Shown one piece after another: positions 17,401 through 25,120 of a stretch of 32,000 bases of DNA (positions are counted from its first letter, which is position 1; the number at the start of each line of letters is the position of its first letter). The DNA comes from Candidatus Kuenenia stuttgartensis. Its GTDB lineage: Bacteria; Planctomycetota; Brocadiia; Brocadiales; Brocadiaceae. A program made the translations under genes and the position numbers. The DNA lies in the NCBI RefSeq assembly GCF_900232105.1, contig NZ_LT934425.1, forward strand, positions 2,010,001 to 2,042,000, in the 5' to 3' direction. The notes beneath the pieces are model-generated. The model was given only the letters and a program-made list of their open reading frames with translations, was not told the origin of the DNA and made no database searches.

Positions 17401-18108
17401 CGATATTTTATCGTAGCCATCGCCGTGCTTATCGGGTTCAATCTGGCGGGAATACCTTTACGCAGCCTTGCCTTCTTTGCCGGCGCATTTGGCATCGGGA
17501 TCGGATTCGGCATGCAAAACATCATAAGTAATTTTGTCAGCGGTATCATACTTTTACTTGAACGACCAATGCGTGTGGGCGACGTGGTAATCCTTGACGA
17601 CGGGACATTAGGCACTATTGAAAAAATCAGCACCCGAAGCACCACAATGATCACCCCGGACAATTTTGTTTTAACCATACCCAACTCAAAGTTCGTTGAA
17701 GGCAGGGTGACAAATTGGTCATTGCCTGATTCCGTGATGCGGGGCAGTGTTCAGGTGGGGGTTGCTTATGGGTCTGATGTCGCCCTCGTAAAAAAATGCC
17801 TCTTAGAAATTGCCGCACAAAATCAGAATGTAAAGAAATTCCCTGAACCTTATGTACGGTTTGATGATTTTGGCGATAGCTCGCTTGTCTTTAAATTATT
17901 CTATTGGGCGGATGACCCCGGAAAACGATGGTTTGCCATGAGCGAGATGCGTTTTAGCATCGATGAAGTATTTCGCAAAAATAAAATAGAAATTGCATTT
18001 CCCCAAAGAGATATTCATATTCGTTCCTATGTGCCATTCCCCGGCAGCAACACGGTGCATGAAAACAACAAACGGGAAGAAACACAGGAAAAACCGCAGA
18101 ATACCTGA
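14410..18108 (+). CDS. Large mechanosensitive ion channel, MscK/KefA-like (MscS family)
   Basis: Signal peptide, about 560-aa coiled-coil periplasmic region and about 11 TM helices. C-terminal MscS core GFGMQNIISNFVSGIILLLERPMRVGDVV...IPNSKF. TTG start 10 nt after AGGAGG. Confidence 0.9.
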   Translation: MKTLKKYIIKVVVCVAMCLLWTSLCIQAQDQTVAVEKKADEIKLAGQRTTIKNEDLEKAKNRLEEIKVSAEKTIAENETAILKLQSDRESTSSYLKKLTEEKNTYPAEEPHVKYLELLDKEIGILKEKIDAGNEQLEECEDLIAALQHQVKTYANYVSLLTSALKLNETIAATPADQAALVRQEAEIAKGYIKAAQASMKEKESLIAIATKELEDYRLKAPVIMQGLVKVLESLKADTAGSKLESLVQEKINNVLFWQKEVSNLWISILKKRLTIAKIQYDEAIQALKSAEFNAELLAEKAGLLEEKQKTEELKRKQEELAYAKKVEEVTKKAAEVTRAETEKTIQEAAKKGEEIVQEQMITTSPEKKRVLELEAEVYKQNGMVAKMKDALITEGAQRYKGRTELKKLQADIGVFLSKGATAKDIEEMEKKVAAEEKRYSEAVNSVKSLIVSLDQVKKLLSDKLALSSEEMSNIKKEVSSFADKELAQQAINHVEQRIKAQEEQFSLVLERVNILYERLEIREYGMSVLSNVKEKLQQMKAANIWKRDEVQITTQTFDVIYLDVINLPSGIHALLETAKSHMKNAAAYITLEKNTVRFWLRCLGLASLIALFYFSNRYIRRWSTDTLQQLHESITFTYFKSRLLPSLLVILDKSITVLWVAVLCILIRALFPVKIPSTTSAMYILLYISLYTALKGFLVESFGPEKGHRKLVVSLAYISPKHIYKSLSIILLFSLISLSFITVLTVFQYKRDVIDLFWFIYRIGMLLLLLWLATQKSLFFKLLPGKNSQLGRLIQRIIGIIYPVFVVFVVSLFAIRSLGYPILTYVLLKTCIKSIVAAIIALWIAKFLLYRISRMRERLFAARKIEKNTPEEKKFNAATAAYGISLNYVASIVCAIVIVRIWMGTFRDAVDSPAAPYLIQKIFAQVGIIFRSIGNGLLYRFVMQEGRYTTPLRIIFAILVLVAFFFLARYIKKLMEERVFSRLGMERGLKHSFSNLIRYFIVAIAVLIGFNLAGIPLRSLAFFAGAFGIGIGFGMQNIISNFVSGIILLLERPMRVGDVVILDDGTLGTIEKISTRSTTMITPDNFVLTIPNSKFVEGRVTNWSLPDSVMRGSVQVGVAYGSDVALVKKCLLEIAAQNQNVKKFPEPYVRFDDFGDSSLVFKLFYWADDPGKRWFAMSEMRFSIDEVFRKNKIEIAFPQRDIHIRSYVPFPGSNTVHENNKREETQEKPQNT

Positions 18109-18132
18109 TGGAATGCTAAGGAATTTCAATGC

Positions 18133-18162
18133 GTAGAGGCGAAGCATCTGCTATAAACGGTT
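18133..18162. repeat. Truncated half-copy of the family A palindromic element
   Basis: gtagaggcgaagcatctgctataaacgg aligns with the left arm plus loop start of the 22255 copy (taggggcgaagtatttgctataactgg). No matching right arm follows. Confidence 0.5.
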
Positions 18163-18220
18163 ACGACTCGTTCCTCATCCGATATCTAAGTCCACTAAGT
18201 TCCCGGCGCGGCCTCTGGCC

Positions 18221-18280
18221 GCAACCAAATTCGAAATACAAAACAAATTCAAATGATAAAAAACCCAATGCTACAAACTT
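18221..18280. repeat. Family B repeat (left-arm type only)
   Basis: gcaaccaaattcgaaatacaaaacaaattcaaatgataaaaaacccaatgctacaaactt is near-identical to 24950-25022. Preceded by the small hairpin gcggcc-tct-ggccgc. Confidence 0.8.
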
Positions 18281-18603
18281 TACGTAAGCCCCATCTAATC
18301 CATTCTTTACAGTTCTGCATTTTGAAAAACCAGCATTAAAAACAAAAGGTTGATGGATAGTCGTCTGTCGTGCGATGCGGTTCGTCGCAATACAAATGAC
18401 AATTTCCAGTTTCAAAAGGCTAAACTGTTGTATATTTTCTGATGTTCAATTTAACTACAAGAATAAAAATATTTGAAATCTTACTCATTTTTGGTTTAAT
18501 GCTACCGCAGATTGAAAAAGCATTTTCCTGTCATCTCTACTTTACACCTCTCTTCTCACATCACACCATTCGGAAGTAGGCGGAGAATTTGAAAGAATCA
18601 AAT

Positions 18604-20805
18604 ATGAATCGTAATTTTGAAAAAAACGAATGTGGAAACATTATCGCGGCGTTTCTGTTTTTCATCTTTCTTCTTGCAGGCATTTCCGGGACACTTTTTG
18701 CTGCCGGTACGGAAACGGCACATCAGTGGGAAACGCCTCAAAAACCGGTTTCTCAAACATCCAACGGTGGTATTGATACTTCGGTATTAGATATGCATTC
18801 CTCTGAAGTTCTCTGGCTTGAAAGCGAAGGGGTAGCCATTGCCACGAGACATGAAACACCCGTGAGCAAGGCGCCGGGAATTGTTACCGTAATAACGGCT
18901 GAAGAAATCAAACACCTGGGCTACCGCACCTTTGCGGAAATCTTAAGGACCGTGCCTGGATTTGAAATCCTTAAGTTGCCTGATTTTGGCGACGTGGTGC
19001 CGGCTGTGCGTGGCCTTGAGGCCGCAAACAAGGTAAGGCTGATGCTTGATGGACACTTTGTAAACAGTCCCCTGAAGGGGAGTTCCTTTAACGCTTTTGA
19101 TGACTTCCCGGTGCAAAATATAAAGAAGATAGAAATTATTCGAGGGCCTGGATCCGCAGTGTACGGAGAAAATGCATTCCTGGCCGTCATCAATATCATC
19201 ACTAAGGATGCAGGCGATATCGACGGCGCCAGAATAAGCAGCGGCTACGGGAGTTTTAACACATACGAGGAGAATGTTATATTCGGCAAGAAATACGGGA
19301 AGGTTGACATCTCCGGCATGCTTCATTACCGGTCAACGGATGGTTTTAGCGGTACGTTAGAGAGAGACGTGCAGACAACGCTCGATGAAGTTTTTGGCAC
19401 TTCGGCATCAAATACGCCTGGAAATGTGCATGATAAACGGCAGGAATTCGCAATGAATCTCAAAGTTGAGTACGATAACCTGTGGTTTCATGGATGGTAT
19501 AACAATAAAAACAGGGAAACCTTTGTCGGTCCCCAATACGTGTTGAGCAATGATTCCGATATAGAAAACAATTATGTTTTCGGCGAAATAGGATACAAAA
19601 AGATTTTTGACGGGGGACTTACCATAAAGCCAAGAATTTATTATGACCAATTCGATATCAGGCCTGAAATTGAAGCATACCCGGAAGGCTCGGTACTCGC
19701 CTTTGACACAAACAAGGACGGCGTCTACGACACCACGGTATCATTTCCTGATGGTTTTATTGGCATTGGCAGTGAGATTGAAAGGATAGCAGGGGCGGAA
19801 GTGCCCTTTGATTATGAGTTATTTGATAAAAACATCCTCACCGTAGGACTGGAATATCGTTGGGTGAATCAGGGAAACGTCCGCTATCAAAGCAACTTTA
19901 ATCCTGCAACCTACGAAGTCTTTGACGCAGTACAAAATCTTTCAGATACCTACCCGTATCTGAAAGAGGCGACCCGCCGGATATTGTCCGTATATTTACA
20001 GGATACCTGGGACTTGACAGACACCCTGAACTTAACGCTGGGGGTGCGCCATGACCAGTACAGCGATTTTGGCGGGGCAACCAGTCCACGCACCGGCCTG
20101 ACCTGGGCGTTTATGAAAAACGCCTCGCTGAAACTCCTGTACGGAGAGGCATTCCGCGCGCCGGATTTTATGGAAATGTACATCCAAAACAATCCGGCAC
20201 TTCAGGGAAACGAAGACCTCGACCCTGAAATTATCAAGACCTATGAAGCGGGATTGAGTTATAGATTTAACAAATATGTTACGGGCGGTTTAAATTATTT
20301 TTACAACGATATACAGGACTTTATCGTCAAGCGGCCGTTAACTCCCGGCAGCACCACCTTACGTTACGAAAATTATGGAGACGGGCACGTGCATGGAGTC
20401 GAAATGGAAACGAATGTGGATATTGGCGGAGGCAACTACCTGTTTATGAATTATTCGTTTCAGGATCCTAATGATGACAACGGCAACGATTTGCCATACG
20501 TCGCCCGGCACAAGGGCAACTTTGGGGTAAACGTGCGTTACTGGAAATATATAAACACCAACGTAAACACATTTGTCAGTGGAAGGCGGTCGAGGGAGGC
20601 TGATGACGCAAGGGATGACATGCCTTCATATGCATTGCTGAATCTTTCCGTAATTGGCAAGGAATTTTTCAGGACGATGGAAATACAGGGCACGGTGTTT
20701 AACCTGCTCGACAAGGATTACAATGACCCGGGGACTGCATCCATGTCAAGCGACCTTCCCCGTCCCGGGAGGTCGTTTTTTATTGGATTAAGTTATCAAT
20801 TTTAG
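18604..20805 (+). CDS. TonB-dependent outer-membrane receptor
   Basis: Signal peptide, plug domain (PGIVTVITAEEIKHLGYRTFAEILRTVPGF), 22-strand barrel-length body and terminal aromatic ...GLSYQF. Alternative TTG start at 18589. Confidence 0.9.
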   Translation: MNRNFEKNECGNIIAAFLFFIFLLAGISGTLFAAGTETAHQWETPQKPVSQTSNGGIDTSVLDMHSSEVLWLESEGVAIATRHETPVSKAPGIVTVITAEEIKHLGYRTFAEILRTVPGFEILKLPDFGDVVPAVRGLEAANKVRLMLDGHFVNSPLKGSSFNAFDDFPVQNIKKIEIIRGPGSAVYGENAFLAVINIITKDAGDIDGARISSGYGSFNTYEENVIFGKKYGKVDISGMLHYRSTDGFSGTLERDVQTTLDEVFGTSASNTPGNVHDKRQEFAMNLKVEYDNLWFHGWYNNKNRETFVGPQYVLSNDSDIENNYVFGEIGYKKIFDGGLTIKPRIYYDQFDIRPEIEAYPEGSVLAFDTNKDGVYDTTVSFPDGFIGIGSEIERIAGAEVPFDYELFDKNILTVGLEYRWVNQGNVRYQSNFNPATYEVFDAVQNLSDTYPYLKEATRRILSVYLQDTWDLTDTLNLTLGVRHDQYSDFGGATSPRTGLTWAFMKNASLKLLYGEAFRAPDFMEMYIQNNPALQGNEDLDPEIIKTYEAGLSYRFNKYVTGGLNYFYNDIQDFIVKRPLTPGSTTLRYENYGDGHVHGVEMETNVDIGGGNYLFMNYSFQDPNDDNGNDLPYVARHKGNFGVNVRYWKYINTNVNTFVSGRRSREADDARDDMPSYALLNLSVIGKEFFRTMEIQGTVFNLLDKDYNDPGTASMSSDLPRPGRSFFIGLSYQF

Positions 20806-20819
20806 CTCCAGGGAACCGG

Positions 20820-21845
20820 ATGGGTATGCATACACAGGGACAGGAATTGGTTCACGCCGCATCGCACCTTTCAATCGCCTTTATTGGCAACATTTCAAAG
20901 CAGATAGCACCCGTTTTCGTTTTTTTTCTGGCATTGTTTGCTGCCGTAATGTTAGGGGCTATTCCAAATGCAAATGGGAGCGGATACCGCGCCGTTATCG
21001 TGAAAAGCCTGGATATTCCGGCATATAATGACGTTGCCAAAGGTTTTAAAAAGCAGTGCCGTCATTACGGTATATCTCTCATGGCAACGTACGATTTAAA
21101 AGGAGACATTGAAGAAGGAAAACGGGACATCCAAATTATACAGGAACTCAAACCTGAGCCGGATATCATCATCACCATAGGAGTCCTTGCAACAACGCTC
21201 GCAAGAAAACACATCAGCAATATACCCCTGCTGTTTTGCGCCGTTATTAATCATGAACTGCTGGATTTGAGCGGCGAAAATATCTACGGCATCTCTTCCA
21301 GCGTGCCTTTCGAAGAACAATTTGCTGTAGTGAATAAGATGTTTCAGTCGCAAAAAACGATCGGGATAATATATGACCCGGCAAAAACCGAAAAGATTGT
21401 GTCAGAACTAACGTCTTTAGACGGCAGGCACGGCTACAAGTTTATTACCAGAAAGGTTACTTCCGGAAATGCCATCAAACCCGCGCTTGACGATTTCCGT
21501 AAGAAAATTGACGTTTTGTGGGTAGTGCCGGACGATACCGTGATTTCAAAGGAGTCAATCGGCATATTTCAGGATGCGGTAACGGAAAACCGCCTGCCCA
21601 TATTTTGTACTTCGAGTGCGCTTGTCAGGACCGGTGCGCTGGTCTCTATCTCCCCGGATTATTATTCGATGGGTGAACAGGCGGCAAAAATGGCGCAGGA
21701 GTTATTGCATGACCCCTCACAAAATTCGCCGCGCTGTATGAAACCGGAAAAATTGACAATCACGATCAATGCCAGGACAGCGGAAATGCTGAAAATAGAT
21801 ATATCGCAGTTTTTTTCATTACCCGACGTGGTGATATACAAGTAA
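20820..21845 (+). CDS. Periplasmic substrate-binding protein, ABC_sub_bind/COG2984 type, with no cognate permease or ATPase nearby
   Basis: N-terminal signal anchor. YRAVIVKS...IIITIGVLAT...TIGIIYDP...LWVVPDDTV...LPIFCTS pattern typical of this SBP family. 14 nt after the TBDR stop. Confidence 0.75.
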   Translation: MGMHTQGQELVHAASHLSIAFIGNISKQIAPVFVFFLALFAAVMLGAIPNANGSGYRAVIVKSLDIPAYNDVAKGFKKQCRHYGISLMATYDLKGDIEEGKRDIQIIQELKPEPDIIITIGVLATTLARKHISNIPLLFCAVINHELLDLSGENIYGISSSVPFEEQFAVVNKMFQSQKTIGIIYDPAKTEKIVSELTSLDGRHGYKFITRKVTSGNAIKPALDDFRKKIDVLWVVPDDTVISKESIGIFQDAVTENRLPIFCTSSALVRTGALVSISPDYYSMGEQAAKMAQELLHDPSQNSPRCMKPEKLTITINARTAEMLKIDISQFFSLPDVVIYK

Positions 21846-21942
21846 TCTAAAAATGAGTAACACTTTGGTTTTTAAAAAAAGCGTATTACCGATAAGCTCC
21901 GTAGTAGCAACCTGTTTGTAGATAGGATATCATAACAGATCG

Positions 21943-21969
21943 TAGAGACAGGTTTGAAACCTGTCTCTA
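21943..21969. repeat. Family D hairpin (GTAGAGACA core), 12-bp perfect stem
   Basis: tagagacaggtt-tga-aacctgtctcta. Confidence 0.8.
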
Positions 21970-21973
21970 TAAT

Positions 21974-22018
21974 CAGGAGCGGCCTGTCTTCCTGTCAATC
22001 ATATACAGGCCGCTCCTG
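21974..22018. repeat. Hairpin with a 14-bp perfect stem
   Basis: caggagcggcctgt (21974-21987) / acaggccgctcctg (22005-22018), 17-nt loop. Confidence 0.8.
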
Positions 22019-22254
22019 CGGAGCTATTTACCTGTTGAATTTTATTGTGCTACAAACAGACCGCCTCTAAAGGGGCTACATTGTTTTTTATGTCCCCTTG
22101 GATTTTTCAAATAACTAAGGTGCTATGAATTATTTGATCAAAAACAACCCCCCCCTTTTTTCCCCTTTATTAAGGGGGACTTTTGCGGCCGTTTGCTTAA
22201 CTTAATGACATTGGTTTGCAACCTGAACCCGCCGGGAATGTTTGCCGCACGGTA

Positions 22255-22323
22255 TAGGGGCGAAGTATTTGCTATAACTGGTATAATGCGTTCATGCCCA
22301 AACACGCAAATGCTTCGCCCCTA
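22255..22323. repeat. Family A palindromic element, loop inverted relative to copies 13035 and 27607
   Basis: Arms taggggcgaagtatttgc / gcaaatgcttcgccccta (one T-G mismatch). The loop contains gcgttcatgcccaaacac, the reverse complement of gtgtttgggcatgaacgc. Confidence 0.85.
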
Positions 22324-22379
22324 CGGTTTCAAAATATTAAAGTGTTACTGATTTTTCAAAAAACTAAATTGTTACAAAA

Positions 22380-24869
22380 ATGAGCATTCGGATAAAACTC
22401 ATCTTATTTATAAGCGGAATCATCATTATCATTGATGCCCTCAGTTGCATGTCATTCTTTTTTTACTCAAAAAAGAGATACCGCGTGGAACTGAGGTATT
22501 TTGGAGAGACACTGGTTAATTTGTTTAGCAGGGATAATGAAATACGATATGCCCTGGAATATGAACAGCCATTGCTCTTTGCGTCACCGGTAAGAAGGAT
22601 AAAGGAATTTGACAGGGAAAACGTCGTGTGCTACATCAGCATTTCAAATGACAGGGAAAAGCTCTTTGAAGACAAAGCGACGTGGCTGGATATTGAAACA
22701 AACGAAATCCCCGGGAGGAACCATCAGGACGATACCTCTGATACAGACTACAGGGTAATCACCGTATCCGGGAAAAGATTCTATGAATATTTTACCCCTA
22801 TCCGCGAAAGGCAGGTATTTTCAGGCGAGGGCCTTGCGGAGCAGATACTAAGCGAAGAATCGGTCAACAGGAAAAATATGCCGAAAGGGTTCGTGCAGGT
22901 GCTGTTATCCACCCACAGGTTAGATGAAAAAATACGCAGTGTTATCATATACAGCATTATGCCGGTAGGTATCGGCATTGTTTTTGGAGGTCTCGGCATT
23001 ATGCTGCTTTTGACAAAATATATCGTGTCTCCTTTGCAGCATCTGACGAATGTTACCCTGGAGATAGCCGGAGGAAATCTTGACCGTAAGGTACACGCTT
23101 CCCATAATGATGAAATAGGGCAATTGTGCGATAATTTCAATCAGATGACTGATGCACTGAGAAACTCACACAACCATCTAACCGCCGAAATCGCCGATCA
23201 TAAACGGGCAAAGGAACAGCTTCTGAAATTGTCCCAGGCCGTGGAACAGAGTTTCACGGCAATTGTCATTACCGATGTTGCCTGCGCTATAGAGCATGTT
23301 AATCCCAAGTTTACGGAGGTCACAGGCTATGCACGGGAAGAAGCCCTGGGGAATAAATTATTTGACCTGCTCTTATTCAATATGTCCGACGAAAGACACG
23401 AAAATATTATTACAATGGTGCTTTCCGGTGAAATATGGCGAAAGGAATTGGTTAATAGCAGAAAAGATGGTGAACAATTTTTTGCACAGGTAACCATTTC
23501 TGCAGTGCGGGGCGATGACGGATACATTATAAACTTTATCGGAGTCATAGAGGATATTACCGAAAGAAAGAAGTTTGAGGAGATGCTGGTCGTCATGGCG
23601 GAACACGACCCCCTTACCAACCTCTTTAATCGGCGCCGGTTTCAGGTGGAACTGGAATATTGGCTTGGATACAGCAAACGATACAACACGGGTGGGGCGT
23701 TGTTGTTTCTTGATATTGATAATTTTAAATATATTAATGATACGCTTGGCCATAAGGTGGGCGATGAAATACTGGTCGAGTTTGCAATACTCTTAAAAGA
23801 ACGTGTACGCCCGAACGACATAATTGCCAGGCTTGGCGGCGATGAATTTGCCGTTATTTTGCCCAATACAAACGTTGATCACGCCCGGTCTTTTGCAGAA
23901 CAAATAACACAGTCAGCGCAGAAACATTTCCGGGTGTTGAATGAACGCGGACATAATATTACAACAAGCCTGGGGATAGCGCTTTTCCCCGATCACAGCC
24001 TTGAAGCTGATGCGCTCCTTGCCTGCGCGGATATGGCCATGTATGGCGCAAAAGAGGCGGGCAAGAACCAGTGCTGCATATTTTCCCTTGAACAGAAACA
24101 GAATATCGAATCCAGGTTTTTGTGGGACAAGCGAATTCGTAGTGCTTTGGGAAAAGATGATTTTGAAATATACCTACAACCTATAGTAGATTTGCGGAGT
24201 AACGCTGTATTCGGCTACGAAGCATTGTTGCGAATGGTCGGCGAGAATGGAGAATTGATACCACCTGCCGAATTTCTCCCCTATGCCGAGAGACACGGCT
24301 CCATTCTTGATATTGATCGCTGGGTAGTGCGCAACGCCTTCCGGCTTTTTGTCAGATATAATATGCAGGAGAAAAAAGCAGTGCTCGAAATCAACCTCTC
24401 CGGTAAGGCAATTACCGATTCGGGAATGCTTTCTTTTATTAAAGAGGAGTTGTCCGCATCGCAGGCGGATGCGAGATACATAACATTTGAGGTTACGGAA
24501 AGCGCCGTCGTGGAAAATATAGAGTACGCCCGGTACTTTATGAATGACCTTTGCAACCAGGGTTTCCGGTTTGCGCTTGATGATTTTGGAATCGGATTTT
24601 GTTCGTTTACTTACCTCAAGCATCTTCCGGTAGATTTTCTGAAGATTGACGGAGGTTTTATTCGCAACCTGCCAGACAATCCGACAGATCAATGTTTTGT
24701 AAAGGCAATTGCTGATATCGGAAACGGACTGGAGAAAAAAATTATAGCTGAATTTGTAGAAAACAAACAGACCATTTCCTTGCTTAAGGAGATTGGAGTT
24801 GTCTACGGGCAGGGACACTTTTTCAGCAAGGCACTTTCCGCCTCTGAAATTTTTAAAACCTCCTCCTAA
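22380..24869 (+). CDS. Membrane-bound c-di-GMP signalling protein: periplasmic sensor region-HAMP-PAS-GGDEF-EAL
   Basis: Two TM segments flank an approximately 170-aa periplasmic region. HAMP (SPLQHLTNVTLEIAGGNLD), PAS (FTAIVITD...INPKFTEVTGY). Intact GGDEF (RLGGDEFAVIL) and EAL (FGYEALLRM ... DDFGIGFCSF ... LKIDGGFI) signatures. Confidence 0.92.
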   Translation: MSIRIKLILFISGIIIIIDALSCMSFFFYSKKRYRVELRYFGETLVNLFSRDNEIRYALEYEQPLLFASPVRRIKEFDRENVVCYISISNDREKLFEDKATWLDIETNEIPGRNHQDDTSDTDYRVITVSGKRFYEYFTPIRERQVFSGEGLAEQILSEESVNRKNMPKGFVQVLLSTHRLDEKIRSVIIYSIMPVGIGIVFGGLGIMLLLTKYIVSPLQHLTNVTLEIAGGNLDRKVHASHNDEIGQLCDNFNQMTDALRNSHNHLTAEIADHKRAKEQLLKLSQAVEQSFTAIVITDVACAIEHVNPKFTEVTGYAREEALGNKLFDLLLFNMSDERHENIITMVLSGEIWRKELVNSRKDGEQFFAQVTISAVRGDDGYIINFIGVIEDITERKKFEEMLVVMAEHDPLTNLFNRRRFQVELEYWLGYSKRYNTGGALLFLDIDNFKYINDTLGHKVGDEILVEFAILLKERVRPNDIIARLGGDEFAVILPNTNVDHARSFAEQITQSAQKHFRVLNERGHNITTSLGIALFPDHSLEADALLACADMAMYGAKEAGKNQCCIFSLEQKQNIESRFLWDKRIRSALGKDDFEIYLQPIVDLRSNAVFGYEALLRMVGENGELIPPAEFLPYAERHGSILDIDRWVVRNAFRLFVRYNMQEKKAVLEINLSGKAITDSGMLSFIKEELSASQADARYITFEVTESAVVENIEYARYFMNDLCNQGFRFALDDFGIGFCSFTYLKHLPVDFLKIDGGFIRNLPDNPTDQCFVKAIADIGNGLEKKIIAEFVENKQTISLLKEIGVVYGQGHFFSKALSASEIFKTSS

Positions 24870-24915
24870 CCCACACACTGGGGGGGGAAATGTTAAACTG
24901 GTACATTTGGGAGCT

Positions 24916-24945
24916 CGTAGAGACATGACATGCCATGTCTCTACG
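24916..24945. repeat. Family D hairpin (GTAGAGACA core), 12-bp perfect stem
   Basis: cgtagagacatg-acatgc-catgtctctacg, 47 nt after the EAL gene stop. May act as a terminator stem, but it has no U-tract. Confidence 0.8.
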
Positions 24946-24949
24946 GGCT

Positions 24950-25074
24950 GCAACCAAATTCGAAATACGAATATCGAAATACGAAACAAATTCAAATGAC
25001 CAAAAACCCAATGCTCCAAACTTCCGGTGTTGTTTCATTGGGATTTTGTATTTTGGAATTTGTCTCGTATTTCG
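24950..25074. repeat. Family B repeat, full copy forming a long imperfect hairpin
   Basis: 39-nt arms 24975-25013 and 25036-25074 are complementary at 32/39 positions (hand alignment). Internal tandem duplication of cgaaatacgaa. The left half matches 18221-18280. Confidence 0.8.
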
Positions 25075-25120
25075 TGCTTCGTGTTTAGTATTTTTTATCC
25101 ACAATCATGGTATTGTTATT

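Larger units (their letters stand above)
21857..22375. repeat. Composite 0.5-kb nest of palindromic repeats bounded by inverted copies of the 24-25-nt AT-rich motif (MITE-like)
   Basis: Left end gtaacactttggtttttaaaaaaag (21857-21881). Right end atttttcaaaaaactaaattgttac (22351-22375), plus a second copy at 22327-22348 and a third at 22101-22126. The interior is all hairpins; see the separate features. Confidence 0.45.

Noticed and set aside
18109-18603. Possible riboswitch (e.g. cobalamin) or Fur/iron box upstream of the TonB-dependent receptor
   Set aside because: I found no B12-box-like element and no convincing Fur-box palindrome. The region is explained by family A/B repeats and AT-rich promoter-like sequence. 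It needs an Rfam scan to be sure.
24174-25019. 281-aa minus-strand ORF, plus smaller ORFs at 24853-25104 and 24793-24999
   Set aside because: The 281-aa ORF is antisense to the strongly supported EAL domain coding region. The small ones are translations of the family B/D repeats (FWSFEFVSYFDIRISNL-type strings).
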